Source: Nitrospirota bacterium (GTDB lineage Bacteria > Nitrospirota > UBA9217). From it: DNA of 64,000 nucleotides. The notes below the pieces were generated by a model. That model was not told the DNA's origin, did no database searches, and saw only the letters and a program-made list of their open reading frames with translations. This document shows, piece after piece, positions 1 through 9,395 of this stretch; position 1 is the stretch's first letter; each line of letters starts with the position of its first letter. Where the stretch lies: NCBI GenBank assembly GCA_963845065.1, contig CAWJQQ010000009.1:1088001-1152000 (forward strand), written 5' to 3'. A program made the translations under genes and the position numbers.

Positions 1-116
1 CTCTAGCAGCCTGGCCGGGTGCAAACCTGCTCCTCGAACGGGCGGTGTTGAGGCTGCAGCATGAAGCGGCGATCGGTCGTCCTCATAAATATTGTTATGA
101 TTTGTCTGAAGCATAG
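1..116 (+). pseudogene. tnpB: 3' fragment of a tnpB gene (runs off the window start)
   Basis: Bases 1-77 match the reverse complement of 18763-18839 at 72/77 nt. The frame encodes LAAWPGANLLLERAVLRLQHEAAIG and stops at TAG 114-116. No IS605 right-end hairpin follows. Confidence 0.8.
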
Positions 117-405
117 AGGGAAATGTATTATCATCAATGATTGTTCATCGTTCTAAAGATAAGAAGGCTGATCAGATCCTTACTATTTAAATAAGGGCAC
201 AATTATTTAACGATAACCGGTAACACTGCTCGGCTGCCACCAGATACAGTGAGATAAAAGACTATTGTTTTAGAAACAATTGAATTGTGCACACCTTCTG
301 GCGCCCTATTATTGCAGGCCCTGATTTGACAGCTACAGTATCTTATGATAAGTTCAAATTGAAGGAGTGAATTCGTAAATTATATGGTGCGAAGGGGGTA
401 CAACC

Positions 406-945
406 ATGAAAATTCCTTTACAGGTTACGTTTCGGAACATGCAGCAATCTGCGGTCATTGAGGCGAGCATCAACGAAAAGGCGTCCAAGCTTGACAAATT
501 TTACGACCGAATCATTAGCTGCAGGGTTGTAGTCGAGGCACTACAGCGCCGCCATCATCAGGGTAACCTCTATAGCGTTCGTATTGACATCGCCGTACCG
601 GGCAAGGAACTGGCGGTCAGTCGCCAGGAGGACGCCGACGCCTATGTGGCAGTCCGTGATGCATTCGACGCCGCAGTGAGGCTGATCGAGGAGCATGGCA
701 GACAAGTTCGTGGTTCTGTTAAGGCACACACTGAACCACCTATAGGCCGTATCGTCAGGATATTTCCTGAATCGGATTACGGCTTTATAAAAACGTCGGA
801 CGAGCGAGAGATCTATTTTCATAAAAACAGCGTGCTCAATGATGTTAATTTTTATAATCTGAAATTCGGGACCGAAGTGACTTTCATCGAGGAACAGGGA
901 ACAGAGGGGCCGCAGGCAGCACGAGTCGCGATCAGTCGACGATAA
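406..945 (+). CDS. HPF/RaiA-family ribosome-associated protein with C-terminal cold-shock domain
   Basis: N-terminal QVTFRNM...DAYVAVRDAFDAA (S30AE/HPF-like). C-terminal YGFIKT...IYFHKNSV...GPQA (CSD RNP motifs). Confidence 0.88.
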   Translation: MKIPLQVTFRNMQQSAVIEASINEKASKLDKFYDRIISCRVVVEALQRRHHQGNLYSVRIDIAVPGKELAVSRQEDADAYVAVRDAFDAAVRLIEEHGRQVRGSVKAHTEPPIGRIVRIFPESDYGFIKTSDEREIYFHKNSVLNDVNFYNLKFGTEVTFIEEQGTEGPQAARVAISRR

Positions 946-1365
946 TTTGCTTGGTTGCAGAGGAAGTCGAAAAGACTTCCCTGCACAGTCCGGTTTGAGC
1001 CAGAGCTTTTTCCTCGTCTCCTTCCGCATGTCACAAAATGGGTTCTCCATTCATATTATTTGTGTACCAAAACCTGCATACCGATAATGGAACTATATAT
1101 TCATTTAGAGTTCCGAACGGCATATTATCTCTTAATCTGGCCCAATATGAGCGCTGAACTGATTGAAAGTCTATTCTATCACACATAAATTAAAAGGAAA
1201 AAAGGGCAGGTTTGAACTGACGAATGAAGATGAAGACGCCACGGTGCAATGAGGATTTGTTTATCCCCTTACCCGTGTACCAAATTTCCTCAAAACCTCT
1301 TGACAACGTTTCAAGGTGCAGGTATATATAATTGCTGTTTAACAAAGTTATTGTGAGGTGGAGAT

Positions 1366-3282
1366 ATGACTGTTGAGAAAATGGAATTCAAGACCGAAGT
1401 AAAAGAATTGCTGGACCTGATGATCCATTCCTTGTACTCCCACAAGGAAATATTCCTGCGGGAGCTTATTTCGAATGCATCTGATGCCATCGACAAGGCT
1501 CGGTTTGAATCGCTCACGAACAAGGACATTCTGGAGAATTCAGGGGCATGGAAAATAAAGATTATCGTCGATAAGGCCGCTGGCACGCTTACGGTGAGCG
1601 ACAATGGTATCGGTATGACCCGTGATGAGTTGATCGCGGAACTCGGGACGATAGCCCATTCAGGCACCAAGGATTATTTGCGTGCTCTGCAGAGCAAGGA
1701 ACTGAAAGACAAACCGGAGCTCATCGGGCAATTCGGCGTCGGCTTTTATTCTTCGTTCATGGTGTCCGATAAAGTCACGGTTCTTACTCGAAAGGCGATT
1801 GAAAATACAAAAAAGGCTCAGAAATGGGAATCAACGGCAGACGGTTCGTTCATCATCGACGACGCTGAAAAGGATCGGGCGGGGACCGATGTCATTCTTC
1901 ATCTTAAAGCAGACGATAAAAATTACCTGAACGAATGGGAGATCAGGTCCATTATCAGGAAATACTCCGATTACATCGAGCATCCCGTTGTCATGGATGT
2001 TGAACGGGAAAAAGAGGACCCGCAGGACAAAAACAAGAAGATCAAGAGCACTGAAGAAGAGACCATGAATGCTGGCAAAGCCATCTGGCTCAAGGACCCT
2101 TCAGAAGTCAAGACTGAGGAATACAACGAGTTTTACAAGCATATATCCCACGATTTCGGCGATCCCGCGAAAGTGATCCATTATCGCGCTGAGGGGACGT
2201 CGGAGTTTACTGCACTCCTGTACCTACCCGCAAAAGCCCCCTATGGAATCCTGTACCGGGATTATAAGATCGGTCCGACGTTATATGTCAAGCGGGTTCA
2301 GATCATGGACCACTGTGAGCAGCTCATTCCGGAGTACCTTCGCTTTATCAAAGGTGTTGTAGACTCTTCAGACCTTCCGCTAAATATATCGCGCGAGATT
2401 CTGCAGTCCAATAAACACGTCGAAATTATCAAAAAGAACATCACGAAGAAAGTGCTCGATACGCTTTCGGATATGAAAAAGAATGCTTACGATTCATATG
2501 TCGCATTGTATAAGGAATTCGGCAGAGTGTTGAAGGAAGGGATCCACTTCGATTTTTCCCGAAAAGAGCAGATCGCGGATCTGCTGTTGTTCCTTTCTAC
2601 CAAGACGGAAGCGGGGAAATTAACAACCCTGGAAGACTATGTGAAAAACATGCCAATTGCGCAAGGCGAGATTTATTACATTACTGGCAAACCTGAAGAA
2701 AATGTAATGTCGTCGCCCTATCTGGAGGCGTTCCGTGAAAAGGGCTACGAGGTTCTGATCATGACCGATGATATAGACGATATCATTATGTCGTCTCTCC
2801 AGGAATATAAGGGCAAAAAGATCAAGTCGGCCATTAAGGGCGACATCAGACTGGATACTTCCGGCGATACGGAGAAGGAAAAATCCAAAGAGAAATTTGA
2901 GAAACTTCTCGCGATGATTAAAGACCAGTTGAAGGACGATGTAAAGGATGTGCGGTTGTCAGGCAGGCTCAAGGACTCGGCCTGCTGTCTTGTTGCCGAT
3001 GAAGGTGGTCTCGATCCGCAAATGGAAAAGCTCTTGAAATCCATGGGTCAGGACGTACCGTCGGAGAAGCGAATACTGGAGATCAACCCCGGGCACCAGG
3101 TTTTTTCGGCCATGAACGATCTCATCGCCAAAGGCGGCAGGGAAGAAATACTGAAAGAGTATATCAGCATGTTGTATAACCAGGCGCTCTTGCTGGAAGG
3201 TTCTAAGGTCAAAGACCCTTCAGCTTTTGCAAAGACAATGGCCAAGCTCATCCTTGAGAATGCAAAACAACTGATTCTGTAA
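1366..3282 (+). CDS. htpG: Molecular chaperone HtpG (Hsp90)
   Basis: YSHKEIFLRELISNASDA, DNGIGMT, LGTIAHSGT, IGQFGVGFYS and LPLNISREILQ motifs. Confidence 0.98.
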   Translation: MTVEKMEFKTEVKELLDLMIHSLYSHKEIFLRELISNASDAIDKARFESLTNKDILENSGAWKIKIIVDKAAGTLTVSDNGIGMTRDELIAELGTIAHSGTKDYLRALQSKELKDKPELIGQFGVGFYSSFMVSDKVTVLTRKAIENTKKAQKWESTADGSFIIDDAEKDRAGTDVILHLKADDKNYLNEWEIRSIIRKYSDYIEHPVVMDVEREKEDPQDKNKKIKSTEEETMNAGKAIWLKDPSEVKTEEYNEFYKHISHDFGDPAKVIHYRAEGTSEFTALLYLPAKAPYGILYRDYKIGPTLYVKRVQIMDHCEQLIPEYLRFIKGVVDSSDLPLNISREILQSNKHVEIIKKNITKKVLDTLSDMKKNAYDSYVALYKEFGRVLKEGIHFDFSRKEQIADLLLFLSTKTEAGKLTTLEDYVKNMPIAQGEIYYITGKPEENVMSSPYLEAFREKGYEVLIMTDDIDDIIMSSLQEYKGKKIKSAIKGDIRLDTSGDTEKEKSKEKFEKLLAMIKDQLKDDVKDVRLSGRLKDSACCLVADEGGLDPQMEKLLKSMGQDVPSEKRILEINPGHQVFSAMNDLIAKGGREEILKEYISMLYNQALLLEGSKVKDPSAFAKTMAKLILENAKQLIL

Positions 3283-3331
3283 GGCCTGAGCATTTGCAGG
3301 TTCATAGATCGACAAAGACAAAAAAGAATAG

Positions 3332-3376
3332 GCACCTCATCGCACGACCCGTTGCTTCAGCATGAGGTGCTTTTTT
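3332..3376 (+). terminator. Probable intrinsic terminator after htpG
   Basis: GCACCTCAT (3332-3340) pairs with ATGAGGTGC (3362-3370), followed by T6. The loop is long (21 nt). Confidence 0.55.
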
Positions 3377-3614
3377 ATTGGTCGCGTCATGCTAAGTGCG
3401 AATGGACATCGGAATTCTATCGACCAGCGTTCGTAATGATATTGTTGAACCAAAATGCCAAAGAGCAATCTCTAACGTGGCGCATTCAGGTATTTCCGAT
3501 CATCGTGCTAGCCCGCAATGAACTATGAGCCTTTTATTCAGATTTTTCTTGCCATTACTATGAAATTTGTAGTACTCTCGTCACAGAGCAAACACATGAA
3601 AACTCGAAAGGAGA

Positions 3615-3941
3615 TTGAAAAATGTGAACATTCTCACCGGAACCGGTTATTCAGCTAGCGGTGCGCGCCATAAGGCGACCTTCACCCTGATCGTGGACGA
3701 TCTCGCAAAAGCGGAAAAGGCTCTCGATAAAATCGGCGCTGATGATATACAAGATTCGTCGGTCATCTCGGTGGAAACGGAAAACAAGATCGGCGCACTG
3801 GAAAGGATATCCAGGATTATTTCCAATGCCGGCATCAATATCTACTATGTCTACTCCACAACAACTTCCGGAAAGACAGCAAGTTGTGTGTTCAAGACGG
3901 CCGACGACAAACAGGCGATCAAAGTACTGCATAAGGCCTAA
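3615..3941 (+). CDS. ACT-domain protein, probably N-terminally truncated tandem-ACT protein
   Basis: VISVETENKIGALERISRIISNAGINIYYVYS is a complete ACT repeat. Only the second half of a first repeat precedes it. TTG start. Confidence 0.65.
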   Translation: MKNVNILTGTGYSASGARHKATFTLIVDDLAKAEKALDKIGADDIQDSSVISVETENKIGALERISRIISNAGINIYYVYSTTTSGKTASCVFKTADDKQAIKVLHKA

Positions 3942-4445
3942 GTGACACGACATACGGGAAAGCCAGTCTTATATATCTACGTACTCTCACTACTAAAGCA
4001 AGTGGGGTTCTCGCGTGGGGTTCCTAACCAGTGGCTGGTGAGCAACTCTTGCGCTCACAATTGTTTTATAACTTAGCTGATTAATCGGGTTTATTATGTG
4101 AAACCCGAATAATCAACTGTGAAACTTCCTTTGCTGTTTTTCTTTTATACTCCTCCGCGCCGTCCTATAGTTATGTATGTTTAATTGCTCGAATATAGTT
4201 TTTAACACTTTCATGCGTTATGTATCTCCTACCCAGGGTGAGCTATAATAAAAATAGCTATGTTATTAAACTTAAAAGATTAAGAAACCTGAAGTCCTTA
4301 ACGGGAAAGGAAAGTTGAAATGTTAAAGGGTGGAACTATTCAAACAGTAGTTTTCACCCTTTTGCCATCCTTTTTCCATATATCCTTTAGCTTTTTTAAC
4401 ACAATTACATTCTGATAGTTCGGTAACCTTCACAAGGAATATACG

Positions 4446-5510
4446 ATGAGCCGGTTATTTTCTGCCTTTAAATTACGTGAGTTGACTTTTCGGAACCGCA
4501 TATTTATGTCTCCCATGTGCCAGTATTCGAGCAACGATGGCCTTCCATCTGACTGGCACCTTGTCCATCTGGGAAGCCGCGCTATCGGTGGCGCGGGGAT
4601 GGTAATGGTCGAGGCTACGGCAGTGAGCCCCGAGGGCCGGATAAGTCCTAATGACAGCGGTATCTGGAGCGACGTTCATGCCTTGGCATTTACCCCCATT
4701 GTAAGATTTCTCCGCGAACAGGGCGCTGTTGCGGGAATCCAGCTTGCCCATGCAGGACGCAAGGCTTCAACGGACCGACCTTGGCTGGGAGGAGATCCGA
4801 TGGGACCGGAGAAGCGTGGATGGCAACCAATCGCTCCGAGCCCACTACCTTTTACACCTAACCACCCCATGCCTCGTGAGGCAACGACAGCAGACTTGGA
4901 TGAGATTTGCACTCAATTTATAGATGCAGGCAAGAGGGCAAAGGTTGCAGGCTTTCAGACCATTGAGATTCACATGGCGCACGGTTATTTGCTGCACGAG
5001 TTCCTTTCGCCACTCACCAATCATAGGACGGATGAGTATGGGGGGATTCTGGAAAATCGCATGCGGTTTCCCTTAAGAGTCGCCAGCGCGGTGCGGGAAA
5101 TCTGGCCCTCGGACTTGCCGGTTTTCGTGCGAATATCGGCTACTGACTGGGCAGATGGGGGCTGGGACTTGTCACAGTCCGTGGTACTTTGCCGAAAGCT
5201 AAAGGATATCGGCATCGATCTTATCGACTGTTCGAGTGGCGGCTTAGTGCCACAAGCTGTCGTTCCTACTGGGCCTGGATATCAGACGCCTTTTGCAACA
5301 TCAATCCGAAAAGAAGTTGGGATTGCTACAGGTACGGTTGGCTTCATCACCGAACCTGTCCAAGCTGAGCAAATCATTGCCACGGGTCTTGCCGACGTAG
5401 TAATCCTTGCGCGTGAACTGCTTCGCAATCCCTACTGGCCTATGCAGGCGGCGAAGGCCTTGCAGGTAGATCTTTCCTGGCCGGTCCAGTATTTACGTGC
5501 TAAGAGTTAG
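4446..5510 (+). CDS. NADH:flavin oxidoreductase (old yellow enzyme, YqjM/NamA-like)
   Basis: NRIFMSPMCQYS, QLAHAGRKAS, EIHMAHGYLLHEFLSP and RTDEYGG motifs. Confidence 0.93.
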   Translation: MSRLFSAFKLRELTFRNRIFMSPMCQYSSNDGLPSDWHLVHLGSRAIGGAGMVMVEATAVSPEGRISPNDSGIWSDVHALAFTPIVRFLREQGAVAGIQLAHAGRKASTDRPWLGGDPMGPEKRGWQPIAPSPLPFTPNHPMPREATTADLDEICTQFIDAGKRAKVAGFQTIEIHMAHGYLLHEFLSPLTNHRTDEYGGILENRMRFPLRVASAVREIWPSDLPVFVRISATDWADGGWDLSQSVVLCRKLKDIGIDLIDCSSGGLVPQAVVPTGPGYQTPFATSIRKEVGIATGTVGFITEPVQAEQIIATGLADVVILARELLRNPYWPMQAAKALQVDLSWPVQYLRAKS

Positions 5511-5776
5511 GAAAATAACACGAGAATTCCAACTGCTTTAGCAGTGGGCGCGTATCAATGGTATTTATATAAGACTATCGAGGAATGAGTATGATTGTTT
5601 TAATAGTTGTATTACAAACTGAACGATTGATTAATTACTGGCACTTCCGATGGTCGCCACTGTCGGTTAGTAGGTTCGGAGCTATTGACCAAAAGCCTTT
5701 CAACTCCGCAAGCCCCTGGCTTTAGACATGGGGATAGGAGTTGTGTTATACAGCTTTTTGCTGTATAATATGCTGT

Positions 5777-6181
5777 ATGATTGATATAAAGACGTATAAG
5801 TCCAATAATAATGTAGTTTACAGCTGTAAATATCATGTTGTGTGGTGTCCTAAGTACCGAAAGAGCGTGTTGACCGGCAGTATCGCCGGACGGTTGAAAG
5901 CAATTATCAGGGATGTGGTTTCCGAGAGAAAATCTGAAATTATTGAGATGGAGATAATGCCGGATCACGTACATTTACTGGTAGAGGTTGGTCCGCAGTA
6001 TGGCATTCATCGTCTAGTCAAACAGATAAAGGGCAGAAGCTCCAAACTGCTTCGTTCAGAATTCAAGGTTCTCCGGACCCGGATTCCAACACTTTGGACC
6101 AACAGCTACTTTGTTTCTACCGTTGGTGGGGCGCCGTTGGCAGTTATCAAACAGTATATTGAACACCAGAAAGTTGTTTAA
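5777..6181 (+). CDS. tnpA: IS200/IS605 Y1 HUH transposase TnpA
   Basis: YHVVWCPKYRK, HUH motif DHVHLL, LWTNSYFVSTVG and catalytic Tyr in IKQYIEHQ. ATG 5777 preferred to the TTG at 5741. Confidence 0.95.
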   Translation: MIDIKTYKSNNNVVYSCKYHVVWCPKYRKSVLTGSIAGRLKAIIRDVVSERKSEIIEMEIMPDHVHLLVEVGPQYGIHRLVKQIKGRSSKLLRSEFKVLRTRIPTLWTNSYFVSTVGGAPLAVIKQYIEHQKVV

Positions 6182-6193
6182 TCAGGGAGTTGT

Positions 6194-7711
6194 ATGGAGA
6201 AGAAAACAACACCATCGTTTATCCATGAATTGTCTCTTCTGGTCAGTACATCTCAGGAGAGGATACTCCTCATGCGCATGGACGTGGCCCGGCAACTTTA
6301 CAATGCCTGTCTCGGCGAATCTCTCAAACGCCTGGATCTCATGCGGGAATCCAAGCAATATCAAAAGGCACGCATTATACCCTATAAGGATAAGGGATTG
6401 CGTTCCAATGCATTTAAGGCTGTGAATGAGAAGTTCGGTTTTTCAGCATACAGCTTGCACAAGTATGCTGGCGCGGCAAAGAACGCCTGCCACATCGGTG
6501 ATCACCTGGATGTTCATACTGTCCAGAAAATCGCCACCCGAGCGTTTGATGCTGTCCAAAAATATGCGTTCAATAAAAGAGGCAGACCAAGGTTCAAAGG
6601 CAAGCATCAACTCTTAAGTTTTGAATCCAAGAGCAACGCCGCTGGCATACGTTTCCGCACAGACGAAAAGCAAAGCCGTATCGAGTGGATTGGTCTTGAA
6701 CTGCCCTGCTTATTCGACAAAAAAGACAAGCATGGCGTGCAGGCCCACGCCCTTTCCTGTAGGACAAAATATGTAAGGCTGGTCTGCAGGCGGATGCGCA
6801 GTAAAAACTACTTCTACGCCCAGCTAGTGCAGGAAGGGCTGCCGAAGCAGAAAACCAAAAACATCATCTCTGATGGTACAATCGCCCTGGATCTCGGCCC
6901 GTCTACGTATGCTATTTATACTCATGGCTACGCCGATCTTCAGCAGTTTTGTAAAGAGCTGGAACCGCTCGAAAAGACCATTAAACGATTGCAACGGGCG
7001 CTCGATCGGTCACGAAGGGCCACAAACTCTGGGAATTATAACGCCGATGGCACAGTTAAAAAGGGTGCCAAGACCTGGACCAATTCAAAGAACTATCAGA
7101 CGATACGGACCGCAGTATCAGAACTTCACCGGAAACAAGCCGCGCAGAGAAAATCTCTTCATGGCAAGCTAACCAATGAAGTTTTAACACTGGGAAATCA
7201 CATTAATATTGAAACACTAAGCTACAAATCATTGCAGCGTAATTTTGGTAAAAGCGTGGGCTTAAGGGCACCGGGAACCTTTGTATCAATGCTTTCTCGC
7301 AAGGCTGAGAGTGCCGGCGGAAAAGTGATTGAACTCCCGACTCGAAAACTCAGGCTGTCTCAAACCTGCCATTGCGGAACAGTAAAGAAAAAACCGCTCT
7401 CGCAGCGGCAACATATATGTGAATGCGGAGTAGCAGCCCAACGGGACCTCTATTCCGCATATCTTGCGTATCACGTTCAAGATGGTGTTCTCGATACAGC
7501 TGAGGCAAGTAGATACTGGCCGGGTGCGGAACCGCTCCTTAAACAGGCGGTATCGAGATTGCAGCAACAATCTGCGAATGCGAGGAGTGCTTTTCCTCAC
7601 AGCTTCGGTCTCAAACAACGTACTTGTTTGGGCCGGAGCCAGAGCGGATCGCCTGTGAAAGAAGACCATGCCAAGATCGATGTCCGGGAAGTTGTAGCTG
7701 CTGGCATTTAA
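6194..7711 (+). CDS. tnpB: RNA-guided endonuclease TnpB
   Basis: RuvC I ALDLG, RuvC II NIETL, zinc finger SQTCHCG...CECG and RuvC III QRDLYSA. The D-E-D triad is intact. Confidence 0.93.
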   Translation: MEKKTTPSFIHELSLLVSTSQERILLMRMDVARQLYNACLGESLKRLDLMRESKQYQKARIIPYKDKGLRSNAFKAVNEKFGFSAYSLHKYAGAAKNACHIGDHLDVHTVQKIATRAFDAVQKYAFNKRGRPRFKGKHQLLSFESKSNAAGIRFRTDEKQSRIEWIGLELPCLFDKKDKHGVQAHALSCRTKYVRLVCRRMRSKNYFYAQLVQEGLPKQKTKNIISDGTIALDLGPSTYAIYTHGYADLQQFCKELEPLEKTIKRLQRALDRSRRATNSGNYNADGTVKKGAKTWTNSKNYQTIRTAVSELHRKQAAQRKSLHGKLTNEVLTLGNHINIETLSYKSLQRNFGKSVGLRAPGTFVSMLSRKAESAGGKVIELPTRKLRLSQTCHCGTVKKKPLSQRQHICECGVAAQRDLYSAYLAYHVQDGVLDTAEASRYWPGAEPLLKQAVSRLQQQSANARSAFPHSFGLKQRTCLGRSQSGSPVKEDHAKIDVREVVAAGI

Positions 7712-7836
7712 GGTAGTGAAAGGTTGTAGCGGCTGGCCTTTGCAGTCGTGAGAGCCCGGAAGAGTAATTGGATAAGGTTTTCAGAACCCCCTGGCTTCAG
7801 CCATGGGGAGGTTCAGGAGTAAAAAATGAAGCGAAG
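7600..7836 (+). ncRNA. Predicted TnpB omega/reRNA with guide taken from the flank (5' boundary approximate)
   Basis: TnpB omegaRNAs overlap the tnpB 3' end and the right end. The guide would begin after TTCAG: GAGTAAAAAATGAAGCGAAG. Confidence 0.55.
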
Positions 7837-8030
7837 GCATGAATAAAACAAATACTATAAAGTGGGTCCTTTGTTCAACATTATTATAGGGAGTGTGAAT
7901 GGTCTCAATACGGTTATCATCGTAGTGGTGTTACTTTGTCTCTGTGCGTTGTACGTACTCTGTCGGGAAATACTTGGCATGTGTGCAGAGATTATATACT
8001 TCAAATTTGTAAATTATTTCAAAGGAGTTC

Positions 8031-8357
8031 ATGATGTTCAATAGAGGTGATGCCGCAGGTTACAAAGAACCCGTGGAAAAAATAAAGATGAAGACATTGG
8101 TATATGGTGAGAGAATGCTACTAACTGAGTTCAAGCTCGGGAAAGGGGCAATCTTACCGAGGCACAGCCATCTCCATGAGCAAACAGGCTACCTAGTTTC
8201 AGGCAGGATAGACCTGACGATAGGCAATGTAACTTATCAGGTCTTACCAGGCGATAGCTGGTGTATACCGGGCAATGTTAACCATCATGCCCATGCACAT
8301 GAATACTCTACTGCAATAGAAGTTTTCTCTCCGGTGAGAGAAGACTATCTCCCGTAG
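8031..8357 (+). CDS. Cupin domain protein
   Basis: PRHSHLHEQTGYLVSG and GDSWCIPGNVNHHA cupin motifs, ending in EVFSPVREDY. Confidence 0.9.
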   Translation: MMFNRGDAAGYKEPVEKIKMKTLVYGERMLLTEFKLGKGAILPRHSHLHEQTGYLVSGRIDLTIGNVTYQVLPGDSWCIPGNVNHHAHAHEYSTAIEVFSPVREDYLP

Positions 8358-8491
8358 TGGGGCCATCGGCAGCATCCAATCCGATTTTAACATATAACGG
8401 TTGATTCCGCAGAGGGGCAGGGTTGATGAATCGATAACTTGTTGCATCATGTAGGATGCACAGCGGAGTCTGCAGTGGGTATCTTGTTTAT

Positions 8492-8538
8492 CTCAATGCG
8501 CCGTAAGACTCCGGCCGTGAGGCCGGGGAGGATGTCAA
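8492..8538 (+). mobile_element. 47-bp IS200/IS605 end-only relic (PATE-like)
   Basis: GACT guide, then hairpin CCGGCC-GTGA-GGCCGG, then GGAGGAT and terminal GTCAA. Preceded by a left-end-like tract after TTTAT. Confidence 0.6.
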
Positions 8539-9063
8539 ACAAAGCGCATTCCCAGGAAACGAGGCAAAATATTCCATTGCACGGGCGGAAATAAACGTTG
8601 CGATTATCATATTAAGTTTCGCGGACTTTTACAAAAACGGGTAGTCGATTTCAGCTTTTAATGTTTCTAATTCATGTGTAACTGGTTGGAGCACCACGAT
8701 GAACAGCATCAGAAAGATTACGGGGTAAATCTTATAGAAGATCTCCAGCACATTTAGGAAAAAGTCATCGTCGTTTTTCTCAAAGAGGGTAGGGGGAAGT
8801 ATCGATATATAAAATTCAGCGACTCCTATGCTTTCATAACAATAAATGCTATGACTACGGAACATGTGGGAAATCGAAGACGTCATTTAATATGGGTGAC
8901 ACAAAGGCACTACAATGCAACCTGTATCATTCGTCATCACAGAAAATAGAATATAGCGTTTTGCACCTGCAAGCTCTCACTGACATCACAATTTTGCGAC
9001 GGTGCTCACATGAAGCTTTGATCTTTTGCATGTTGTTTTGCTAGTGAAACAATCTACTCTTTT

Positions 9064-9228
9064 TTTAGGAACATTATCAACGCTATGCAAAGTCGACTTG
9101 TCCTAATTCTCGGATTCCTCGATTGGCTGTACCTACGCACAGCCGGTGATGACGAAACCGGGATTTAAAACCAGTTGCTCCCCATCCTCAAACCCTGACT
9201 GATTCGGACCGTCTTTCAGTAACTGTCC
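9064..9228 (-). pseudogene. Inverted degenerate copy of the 3' end of the MFP gene and its downstream DNA
   Basis: Reverse complement aligns to 14008-14173 at about 80% by manual alignment. It has a 1-bp deletion and a CAG>TAG stop. Confidence 0.85.
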
Positions 9229-9306
9229 ACTATTAAGAGTAAGTAGTTGCAAAACTGAATTGTATCATGCCTTCTGAAGGACTACCAAGAGGCCATGTAA
9301 TTTTAC

Positions 9307-9335
9307 TTGACAGAACTATGAGGTACGATTATAAA
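9307..9335 (+). promoter_or_regulatory. Sigma70-type promoter candidate for the RND gene
   Basis: TTGACA-17 bp-TATAAA, 60 bp upstream of ATG 9396. Confidence 0.55.
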
Positions 9336-9395
9336 ATAGATTAATTGCTGACATTGTTATCTTGAACAAGCAATTTTCAATAAGGTTTTCTGTAT

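Larger units (their letters stand above)
5690..7816 (+). mobile_element. Complete IS200/IS605-family element (tnpA + tnpB)
   Basis: Target TTGAC at 5685-5689. Left-end guide CAAG precedes hairpin CCCCTGGCTTTAGACATGGGG. Right-end guide GAAC precedes hairpin CCCCTGGCTTCAGCCATGGGG, with terminal TTCAG at 7812-7816. Confidence 0.93.

Noticed and set aside
1290..1365. Heat-shock control elements before htpG
   Set aside because: No CIRCE element. TTGACA is present but spacing to a good -10 is ambiguous.
8629..8886. 85-aa minus-strand ORF
   Set aside because: No RBS or motif, in a degenerate region.
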